Source: Candidatus Poribacteria bacterium (GTDB lineage: Bacteria; Poribacteria; WGA-4E; WGA-3G). From it: a stretch of 64,000 nt of DNA. Every line of letters starts with the position of its first letter. The stretch's first letter is position 1. The position numbers and the translations under genes are program-made. The notes under the pieces are model-generated. The model was given only the letters and a program-made list of their open reading frames with translations, searched no databases and had not been told where the DNA came from. The stretch is from the NCBI GenBank assembly GCA_965205025.1, contig CBDBFU010000012.1, positions 256,001 to 320,000 of the forward strand, given 5' to 3'. Shown here piece after piece: positions 18,232-25,888 of this stretch.

Positions 18232-20001
18232 ATGTGTTGGATGGGAATAGTAATAATGTCAGAATGTTTACAATCTAATCAGCAGCAACACACGGGAGGT
18301 AATTTGTTGATTTTAGGATGTTCTGACCGAAAACGTGAGTGTTACGGAAGCGCCCCAGCACTTGAAGTTTATGACGGTCCAAACTTCCAAACCCTCCGAA
18401 AGTACTTCAGGGAAAATGGATGGCCTCCCGGTCTTATAATAAAAATAATCTCTGCTAAATATAAAATCATTGACGCTACAACAATTATTGAACCCTATGA
18501 TGAGCGACTGGATAAAGAAACAGCGAAAAAAATGAGGAATCGAGTAAGGTATCATTTAAAAAAAATTGAGCACCCAAAATCTGTTTTCGTCAATATGGGT
18601 AAGAACTATTTACCTGCAATTTCTTGCATTAAGTCTTTATATAATCCTGACAGAATTGAGTATGCAAAAGGTGGATATGTACAAAAACGCAAGGAGCTTA
18701 AACAGTGGCTTGAAGGTTTATCAAATAACACTGCTACAATCAATTCTCAAGAACAATCAGATAAGAAGTCTTATCTTTACTTTTTTCCAGATTGGAATGA
18801 TTATGTTTATGAATCTTTCGATCCAGAGAAAATAGATGAAAATCGGAAACCTGAGAAAGGAGTAAAAAAGTACGCTCACGAGATATTTAAGGATGATCCG
18901 CCTTATGACGGTTTACTCCTCAGTCTTGCCCAACTGCAAACTAAAAATGGACAACTTACCCGACTTGATGAAAAAGGCTCATCGAATTTTCGAACTGAGA
19001 TGCGGGTTCCTAATAGGCTTTTATTATTCGGAGATTGCGGTGCTTTTTCATACATTGAGGATGAAAAGCCTCCCATTTCCTGTGAGGATGCGGCTTTTCG
19101 GTATAGTCAATTCGGTTTTGACCTTGGGACATCTGTCGATCATATACCGATTTCATCGATATCCAAAAGAAAGCAACGATACCGGATGGACTTAACAGCT
19201 GAAAATGCCAAAAAGTTTTTAGAAATTTGTCAGAACAACGAATACGAATTCGATCCAATTGGGAGCATACAAGGTATCATACCTAAACATTATGCTAAAT
19301 TTGCCAGTGAATATATTAAATGGGGATATGAGCATGTTGCATTAGGTGGATTAGTACGTAGACAAGATTCAGATATTGTAGAAATAGTTGCAGCTGTTCG
19401 GGAGGCATTACAGAAAAGCACATGGAGTAAAAATAAAAATATTTGGGTACATCTTTTTGGCATTCTGAGACCAAATCTTCAACCCATTTTTCGGGAACTT
19501 GGTGTTTCCAGTTTTGACAGCGCATCTTACTTGAGAAAAGCGTGGTCAAGTCCAAATAGGAGCTATTTAACTGCATCTGGAAAGTGGTACGGAAGCATCC
19601 GAGTACCTTTTAGTACATCAAAACCAATGCGCGAAGTTGCGAAATCTGATGCTAAGTTTTCTAAGAATGGTGCTATGCAGAAATTGGAAAAAGAATGTCT
19701 TACGAACCTTAAACTTTTTGATGATAGGAAAATATCAGAGGAGAAAGTTCTTGAGAACATTAATGAATATAGTGCACTGCTTCAACGAAAAAAAACATAT
19801 AACCATTTTTCCGAAAGACATAAGGAGTTATTAGATGAACGCCCTTGGAAAAAATGTAAATGTAAGATTTGCCAAGATTTGGGTATACATGTTGTAGTTT
19901 TCAGGGGAGCAAACCGTAACAGACGAAGAGGTTTCCACAATACCTGGGTATTTTATCACAAAATTCTACATAAAGGTCGCAAAATATCATCTAAAGAGTA
20001 A
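18232..20001 (+). CDS. dpdA: DpdA-type deazaguanine transglycosylase (TGT fold) fused to an N-terminal YaaA/DUF6884-like domain
   Basis: C-terminal part: 'YFFPD', 'PYDGLLLS', 'GDCGAFSY', 'SVDHI', 'ALGGLV', 'HLFG', 'SFDSASYLRKAW' and Zn motif 'CKCKIC...FRGANRNRRRGFHN' characteristic of bacterial DpdA; N-terminal part: 'LILGCSDRK...PALEVYDGP.F..L...IISAKY.II....IEPYD'; start may be 18256. Confidence 0.8.
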   Translation: MCWMGIVIMSECLQSNQQQHTGGNLLILGCSDRKRECYGSAPALEVYDGPNFQTLRKYFRENGWPPGLIIKIISAKYKIIDATTIIEPYDERLDKETAKKMRNRVRYHLKKIEHPKSVFVNMGKNYLPAISCIKSLYNPDRIEYAKGGYVQKRKELKQWLEGLSNNTATINSQEQSDKKSYLYFFPDWNDYVYESFDPEKIDENRKPEKGVKKYAHEIFKDDPPYDGLLLSLAQLQTKNGQLTRLDEKGSSNFRTEMRVPNRLLLFGDCGAFSYIEDEKPPISCEDAAFRYSQFGFDLGTSVDHIPISSISKRKQRYRMDLTAENAKKFLEICQNNEYEFDPIGSIQGIIPKHYAKFASEYIKWGYEHVALGGLVRRQDSDIVEIVAAVREALQKSTWSKNKNIWVHLFGILRPNLQPIFRELGVSSFDSASYLRKAWSSPNRSYLTASGKWYGSIRVPFSTSKPMREVAKSDAKFSKNGAMQKLEKECLTNLKLFDDRKISEEKVLENINEYSALLQRKKTYNHFSERHKELLDERPWKKCKCKICQDLGIHVVVFRGANRNRRRGFHNTWVFYHKILHKGRKISSKE

Positions 20002-20077
20002 CATAGATGATTCTCTCGGAGAACTATACAATCCTGTAAATCTTGGTAATCCTACAAATCTTGGTTCAGACAGTACA

Positions 20078-21312
20078 GGGTGTGTAATCTTTTTGTCACT
20101 TTTGAAAGCACTAATAAATTCTCAATTCCATATACACCTATTTAGAGTTTGCCGATTACAAGGAATTCTTCACTACATTACTGCGCTTAGATATCCATCA
20201 CTGACTTACCCAAAATATAAACATTGAAGAAATCAAAATAAAATGAAGAAAACATTAACTTCTAACAACTAATATACATCTATTACATTAAAACAAAATG
20301 CATGAATATTATTTATCATAATGAAAATAAATTTGAAATTATTGGTACACTATGGCAAAATTAATCTGGATTATACCCTGCACAATAGAAGTGTTTCATT
20401 AATTATAGGTTTTATTATATGTGCTAAATTAACTATCTGGAGTAGAAGAAAATCCATGTTAGAATTACGAATAAAACATTCAGAATTGTCTCCTTATGAG
20501 AATCATCCTAAGAACATACATACTCATAATCTAAAAAAGCTGGTACAGAGGATTATTGTACCGAATTACACCATATATTTTTTTAGTTTTTTTAGTTTTA
20601 AAATTTTACACCGATTCATCAAATCCTTTGTTATCCCAATCCCCAACAGGGTTTACAGCATTTCAAAAAGTAATTTCTTAAAAAGCGATTTGAAAAACTT
20701 GAAAAACTTAAAGAACTTGAAAAACTTAAAATTTGAGCAGCAACAAACAAAACAGACGATCATACACACAAGAAAACCACTAAACGTTTCGAAGGATATA
20801 ATTACATTTCTTCTGTGGGTAAGGATTCCGATCCCGATCTTAACTACTTTACATATCCCTAAGATATTTAACATTCAAACAATTTCAAAACAATGGATTA
20901 GAAGAATAAAAAAAGACACAGCATACACTATTTTTGCAAATTCTTGTAACCTTAAAAAAGTGTCTCTAAACCCAGTGTAGTACTGACGGGAAAAAGGTTT
21001 TACCAAAGTTACACTATGTAACGAAAAGTGCAACTTTTATCAACATATAGAAAATATAAATATAACATTTGCGAACAAGAAAAACTGTAAATTAACACAA
21101 GAATTACCCTTAGTTCTATATAATAAATAACAAAAAGAAGCCTTAAAATATAGAATTGATGAAATATGCTTAAACAAATGTAGCATAAACTTCCAGTTTG
21201 TGCAGGTTTAAAAGCCATGTTTTACAACTGTTCATGTAGTAAACTTCTTGAAATGGTATTAGGAGAAAAATCGGTATCCAAATACAATAATAGCGTAATG
21301 TTTAGTGACAAA
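20078..21312 (+). mobile_element. Putative non-autonomous element with GGGTGTGTAA..TTTTTGTCACT end
   Basis: Left end 20078-20100 matches 41407-41429 (21/23); right end 21273-21312 is the reverse complement of 41421-41460 (35/40); no transposase inside. Confidence 0.5.
20456..20980 (+). CDS. Doubtful low-complexity hypothetical ORF (LKN repeat) within the element
   Basis: ORF 20321-20980 with GGAG before ATG 20456; 9-bp tandem repeat (ttgaaaaac/ttaaagaac); C-terminus resembles ORF 42010-42228(-). Confidence 0.25.
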   Translation: MLELRIKHSELSPYENHPKNIHTHNLKKLVQRIIVPNYTIYFFSFFSFKILHRFIKSFVIPIPNRVYSISKSNFLKSDLKNLKNLKNLKNLKFEQQQTKQTIIHTRKPLNVSKDIITFLLWVRIPIPILTTLHIPKIFNIQTISKQWIRRIKKDTAYTIFANSCNLKKVSLNPV

Positions 21313-21486
21313 TTATTTATACCATTTCTATTTAAATAGTTCACATTATGAATACTCTTAGTAGTCCCCTGATAAGGGGGATTTAGGGGGTTTCTTTAAG
21401 TTAATAATGGGTGATTATTTATTATATAGGGTATAAACTATCGTAAATCAAAAATAGCCAAGTTAAACATAGAATAACATATGTGA

Positions 21487-21569
21487 TTCACGGAAAATTG
21501 GTGTACATAAAATTATAAACCCTTATAGAATAAGGGCTCACAAAATTGCTCCGTGAAGGTTTCCGTGAA
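21487..21569. repeat. About 83-bp palindromic element, copy 1 (TTCACGGA...TCCGTGAA, core CCCTTAT-AGA-ATAAGGG)
   Basis: Inverted homolog at 41578-41659; similarity extends into both flanks. Confidence 0.8.
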
Positions 21570-21630
21570 AGTGAGGTTATTTCAGAACAATAAATATTAA
21601 CACTTTTTTCATTCATATCGTTCATACACC

Positions 21631-21749
21631 TAATACCATTTCTAATTGAAGATGTCTCTCTTTTTGTAGCACAAACTGTTAGTTTGTGGCGTATTAGATT
21701 ACATTTCAAAAAACCTGTAATGTGAACCCATTTTTTAGAAATGGTATTA
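21631..21749. mobile_element. MITE with IS630-like ends carrying a GTAG REP
   Basis: Perfect 15-bp IR taataccatttctaa / ttagaaatggtatta resembling the ends of the IS630 at 58568-59730; internal gtagcacaaactgttagtttgtg hairpin. Confidence 0.7.
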
Positions 21750-21772
21750 CATACCTCACAGAACAAAACGAT

Positions 21773-21801
21773 TTGACATTCACATCTACAAAGGTTAATA
21801 T
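21773..21801 (+). promoter_or_regulatory. Putative sigma70 promoter
   Basis: TTGACA-17 bp-TAATAT upstream of ORF 21871. Confidence 0.55.
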
Positions 21802-21870
21802 GTTGAAAGGCATTCTGTCGAAACTTACTTTTGCTTATTTGGTAGTTTTACAATTAAAAGGAGAAAACTT

Positions 21871-22200
21871 ATGATTCCCCCTATCACGAAACTACTCATA
21901 AAAATTGAACAACTTGAGTGGGATTTAGCAGAGGTGAAAAAGGAGTTGGAAAAACTTCAAGCACCGGTCATGAAGTCGCTTACACCCGAGGAGCGTGCAG
22001 CTGCACGGTCTGCACGAGTCCAGGCACAAAATGAGAGACTGCGACCTTTAATTGAAAAGGCATTCGGAAAACGTGATCCCGACACTGAAATCCCCACCGC
22101 TGAGGAACTCCAAAAACTTCTATTGGAGGATGGAATAAATCCAGAAGACAACCTTGGCAGTCGTGCTATCATTGAGGAGCGGGAGAGACGGACCGAGTGA
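21871..22200 (+). CDS. Small hypothetical protein, probable antitoxin of a PIN-type TA pair
   Basis: AAGGAG RBS; C-terminal 'SRAIIEERER' typical of PIN-cognate antitoxins; stop overlaps (GTGA) the start of a PIN-like fragment. Confidence 0.6.
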   Translation: MIPPITKLLIKIEQLEWDLAEVKKELEKLQAPVMKSLTPEERAAARSARVQAQNERLRPLIEKAFGKRDPDTEIPTAEELQKLLLEDGINPEDNLGSRAIIEERERRTE

Positions 22201-22300
22201 ATTTCTTCTGGTTAGATGCAAACGCTTATGCTAAAAGGTACGGGCAGTAAAAGGTACCGATCATTAAGTTTTCTTTACTAATATTTCTCATAAGCGGATG
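22197..22300 (+). pseudogene. Truncated PIN/VapC toxin
   Basis: GTG start gives MNFFWLDANAYAKRY (PIN strand 1 'xLDxxAxxKRY'), then stop at 22248-22250 and frameshifted '..KGTD' continuation. Confidence 0.6.
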
Positions 22301-22314
22301 TGGAGACAATAAAC

Positions 22315-22626
22315 GTGGCAAAAACACAAGTTGAAGTCTAATTCACACTTCCTATTGACGAAACACTGCTGCGTCATAAAACTAAGGCAGAGAACAAAGC
22401 AAAAGAAGTTTTTGTGCTTGAACTGCTTCGGTAATGTGACATCAGCGCAGGTAAAGCTGCCAAATTACTGAATATTCCCAGAAGGGATCTCTCAGAGTTG
22501 ATGTTTGCTGTCGAAATTTTTCCTTTTGCTGAGCAAACTGCAGAAGAATTAGCAACCGAAGTCGAAAGTACTTTAAAAGTTTTACTTAATCAACATATGT
22601 GGAAAGTCTTCAAACAGATAAATTAA
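22315..22626 (+). pseudogene. UPF0175-family (antitoxin-like HTH) pseudogene
   Basis: MAKTQVEV*FTLP...VLELLR*CDISAGKAAKLLNIPR; 'ISxGKAAxLL' motif; in-frame TAA at 22339 and 22432. Confidence 0.7.
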
Positions 22627-22628
22627 AG

Positions 22629-22657
22629 TTGACAAAATAGTATATTTGTGGTATTAT
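22629..22657 (+). promoter_or_regulatory. Near-consensus sigma70 promoter for tcmP-DUF5131 (leaderless or very short leader)
   Basis: TTGACA-17 bp-TATTAT with extended TG; ATG 7 nt downstream of the -10. Confidence 0.65.
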
Positions 22658-22664
22658 TTCAATT

Positions 22665-23810
22665 ATGGAAATTATGCTGGATAATTCTTTTTATGATGAA
22701 CCTACAGAATCGTCACAAGTAAAGGCGAGAATTGTTGAAAAATACTTTTGGGCTTGGGCAAATGTTATACTTGGTAGGAATTATAAAACCAAGTTAATTG
22801 GTTATGTAGATTTTTTCTCTGGTCCAGGTAGGTATGAAACCGGAACTAAATCTACTCCCCTTTTTGTCCTTGAGAAGGCAATTGAAAATGAAAAATTACG
22901 AGATAGGTTAGTTAGTGTTTTTAACGATGCTAAGTCGGACTATGCCAAAAATCTTGAGGAATCTATTAGCTTAACTCAAGATATTGACACTCTTAAATAC
23001 TATCCAATCGTTACAAATTTAAAGTTAGGGGAAGAAGAGGACGTATCTGCTCAGATTTTTGATCATGTAAAAGGTATACCGACACTATTTTTTGTAGATC
23101 CATGGGGTTACAAAGGACTTACACTCAATCTTATTATTTCCGCTCTACAAAACTGGGGATGTGACTGCATATTTTTCTTTAACTATAGTCGTATCATTAT
23201 GGGAATTAATAATCCGTATGTTGAGAAACATATGGTCTCACTATTTGGCAAAGAACGGGTGGATGATCTCCGAAATCTCCCAACTACTCTGAATTCAACC
23301 GAAAAGGAATTATATGTACTTGAAACAATAAGTCAAGCTTTGAAAGAAAATGCTGGACAGTACGTTTTACCATTTCGCTTTAAATCTGATAGTAGCAGAC
23401 GTTCAAGTCACCACATAATCTTCGTTTCTAAACATATAAGGGGTTATCATATTATGAAGGAAATTATGGCTAAAGAAAGTACAGAGTCAGATCAAGGTGT
23501 TCCTTCGTTTGAATATAATCCTGCGAGTCGTCTACAACCCTTATTATTTGAATTAACACGCCCACTTGATGATTTATCCGAGAAGTTATTGGAAATTTTT
23601 GCAGGTAGGACAATGACAATGAAGCAAATTTTTGATAGGCACAACGTCGGAACAAATTATATTTTAAGGAATTATCAGGACATTCTTATCAAACTTGAGG
23701 CAGAAGGTAAAATTCAAACTAATCCACCAGCAGATGTGCGTCCAAAGAGGAAAGGAGAAGTTACATTTGCTGAGAAAGTCAAAGTTACGTTTCCACCCAA
23801 GAACGAGTAA
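22665..23810 (+). CDS. tcmP: Three-Cys-motif partner protein TcmP (SAM-methyltransferase-like fold + C-terminal wHTH)
   Basis: 'SQVKARIVEKYFWAW', 'YVDFFSGPG', 'STP', 'FFVDPWG' motifs; directly upstream of a DUF5131 gene. Confidence 0.85.
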   Translation: MEIMLDNSFYDEPTESSQVKARIVEKYFWAWANVILGRNYKTKLIGYVDFFSGPGRYETGTKSTPLFVLEKAIENEKLRDRLVSVFNDAKSDYAKNLEESISLTQDIDTLKYYPIVTNLKLGEEEDVSAQIFDHVKGIPTLFFVDPWGYKGLTLNLIISALQNWGCDCIFFFNYSRIIMGINNPYVEKHMVSLFGKERVDDLRNLPTTLNSTEKELYVLETISQALKENAGQYVLPFRFKSDSSRRSSHHIIFVSKHIRGYHIMKEIMAKESTESDQGVPSFEYNPASRLQPLLFELTRPLDDLSEKLLEIFAGRTMTMKQIFDRHNVGTNYILRNYQDILIKLEAEGKIQTNPPADVRPKRKGEVTFAEKVKVTFPPKNE

Positions 23811-23837
23811 TGTTTCTACCTAAGGAGACACCTCAAA

Positions 23838-24596
23838 ATGGCAACTAAATCCGCAATTGAGTGGACACAATCAACTTGGAATCCAGTTAGAGGCTGTACC
23901 CGTGTTTCTGAGGGGTGTCGATTCTGCTACGCCGAAAGAATCGCTGCTCGGTTTTCGGGAGAAGGACTTGCTTATGAGGGACTTGCGAAAATGACAAAAA
24001 AAGGACCAAGATGGTCTAATAAGGTCAAACTTGTTGAAGAATTACTTGATGTGCCATTGAAATGGAAAAAACCTCAATTGATTTTTGTTAATTCTATGAG
24101 CGATCTGTTTCATGAAGACGTTCCATTGGATTCTATTTTAAAAGTATTCAAAACAATGAACGAAGCAGCTCAGCATCATTTCCAAGTACTTACAAAGCGA
24201 TCAAAACGCTTACTTGAACTCAATTCCAAGTTGCCGTGGTCCAAAAATGTGTCAATGGGAGTCAGCGTTGAAAATCAGAACTATACATGCCGCATTGACG
24301 ATCTGCAACAGACAGATGCACATATCAAATTTCTATCCCTTGAACCTCTGATTGGTGCACTCCCAAACCTGAATTTAACAAACATAGACTGGGTGATTGT
24401 CGGCGGTGAATCCGGTCCCGATGCGCGACCCATTGAAGAAAAATGGGTAATTGATATTCGCGATCAATGTGAACAGACCTCAGTCCGTTTCTTCTTTAAA
24501 CAGTGGGGTGGACAAAACAAAAAGCAAGCAGGCAGATTATTAGAGGGCAGAACGTGGGATGATTTGCCTCTTGCTTATAGTGGAATTAGCATATAA
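23838..24596 (+). CDS. DUF5131 (phage Gp37/Gp68-like) radical-SAM-related protein
   Basis: 'IEWT..TWNPVRGCTRVSEGCRFCYA', 'FVNSMSDLFH', 'LSLEPL', 'WVIVGGESG', 'FFFKQWGG'. Confidence 0.92.
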   Translation: MATKSAIEWTQSTWNPVRGCTRVSEGCRFCYAERIAARFSGEGLAYEGLAKMTKKGPRWSNKVKLVEELLDVPLKWKKPQLIFVNSMSDLFHEDVPLDSILKVFKTMNEAAQHHFQVLTKRSKRLLELNSKLPWSKNVSMGVSVENQNYTCRIDDLQQTDAHIKFLSLEPLIGALPNLNLTNIDWVIVGGESGPDARPIEEKWVIDIRDQCEQTSVRFFFKQWGGQNKKQAGRLLEGRTWDDLPLAYSGISI

Positions 24597-24648
24597 TACC
24601 GTAGTACATTTGTCTATCCTATTCACTTCAAAGAGACAAAAAACCACC

Positions 24649-25851
24649 ATGCGAATACTCTGTGCAAACGTTGGTAGCACTTCATTCAAATACAAAATAC
24701 TTGATATGAATACAACCACATCTCTCGTAAAGGGAGGTGTGGAACGTATAGGAAATTCACCTTCAGCATATAAGCATGAAGTGCCAGGGAAACCATCTCG
24801 CGAAGGGGAAATTGATGCTCCATCACACATAGATGCCATTTCCCATGCTATACAACTCATTACCGATCCAGATGTCGGATGTCTAACAGACCTGAACCAA
24901 CTGGACGGCGTGGGTTTCAAAACCATCCTTGCCAAAGGATATTGGCGGTCAGCACGGATCACCGAAGATGTAATACAAGCTCTGGAAACATCAACCCTAC
25001 TTGCTCCAATGCACAATCCCTTTTACATCGCATCAATCCGCGCATTTCAAGAACTGTTACCTAATACTGCACTTGTAGCTGTTTTTGAGACATGGTTTCA
25101 CCAAACTATCCCCGATTATGCCTACGAATTTGGAGTGCCACGTTCCTGGGTAGAAGACCACGAAATACGAAAATACGGCTTCCATGGGGCATCCCACAGA
25201 TATATATCAGAACGTGTACCAGCGATGTTAGGGAGGAAAAATGGTGAAGACCTTCGGATCATCTCCTGCCATCTTGGAGGGAGTTCCTCAATTTGTGCTA
25301 TAAAAGACCGGAAATCTATTGATACTTCAATGGGAGCGTCAACGCAATACGGTATGATACAATCCACACGCTGTGGGGATTTAGATGCTTTTACTGTACT
25401 GTATATGATGGATAAAGAGGGTTATTCTACCGATGAAATCCGAAGACAATTAGTTGAGGATTCAGGAGTAAAGGGTATATCGGGAACAAGTGGAGATATG
25501 CGAGATGTGGAGGCAGCAATAGAAGCTGGAAGCGATAACGCTCGTTTAGCTTTAGAGACCTATGTATACGGTGTAAAAAAATACATTGGTGCTTATATTG
25601 CAGCGTTGGGTGGAGTTGATGTTATTGCTTTCGCAGGTGGTATAGGTGAAAAGGGCACATCTACACGGGCGCAGATCTGCGAAGGTCTTGATTGGTGTGG
25701 AATACATTTAGATGAAAAGAAAAATCAGGAAACTATGGGAGAGGGTGAAATATCTGCAAAAAATAGCCGTGCAAAAATCCTTGTTGTTTCAACAGACGAG
25801 GAACTTATCGTATCTCGTGAAACAGCTCGTTTATTAACAGAAGATTCTTAG
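24649..25851 (+). CDS. ackA: Acetate/propionate kinase
   Basis: 'NVGSTSFKY', 'LAPMHNP', 'FETWFHQT', 'RKYGFHGASH', 'CHLGGSSS', 'TRCGDLD', 'FAGGIGE', 'TDEE'; start reassigned to MRILCAN. Confidence 0.92.
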   Translation: MRILCANVGSTSFKYKILDMNTTTSLVKGGVERIGNSPSAYKHEVPGKPSREGEIDAPSHIDAISHAIQLITDPDVGCLTDLNQLDGVGFKTILAKGYWRSARITEDVIQALETSTLLAPMHNPFYIASIRAFQELLPNTALVAVFETWFHQTIPDYAYEFGVPRSWVEDHEIRKYGFHGASHRYISERVPAMLGRKNGEDLRIISCHLGGSSSICAIKDRKSIDTSMGASTQYGMIQSTRCGDLDAFTVLYMMDKEGYSTDEIRRQLVEDSGVKGISGTSGDMRDVEAAIEAGSDNARLALETYVYGVKKYIGAYIAALGGVDVIAFAGGIGEKGTSTRAQICEGLDWCGIHLDEKKNQETMGEGEISAKNSRAKILVVSTDEELIVSRETARLLTEDS

Positions 25852-25888
25852 TCTATAGTTTTCATAATATACAATGTTAATCCTAATC

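Noticed and set aside
18232-20001. Housekeeping queuine tRNA-ribosyltransferase (tgt)
   Set aside because: Lacks the tRNA-TGT 'TPxFMPVGT' and 'DSGGFQ' motifs; has DpdA-type GDCGAF and RNRRRGFHN motifs and an accessory context.
20690-20730. 9-bp tandem repeat (LKN)4 as iterons or a functional motif
   Set aside because: Short low-complexity slippage repeat in AT-rich DNA; no rep gene nearby.
23838-24596. Prophage suggested by the 'phage Gp37/Gp68' family name
   Set aside because: No structural, terminase or integrase genes in the window; the gene is in its usual tcmP pairing.
24559-24648. N-terminal extension of acetate kinase in the ORF track
   Set aside because: Overlaps the DUF5131 gene; family alignment begins at MRILCANVGS (24649).
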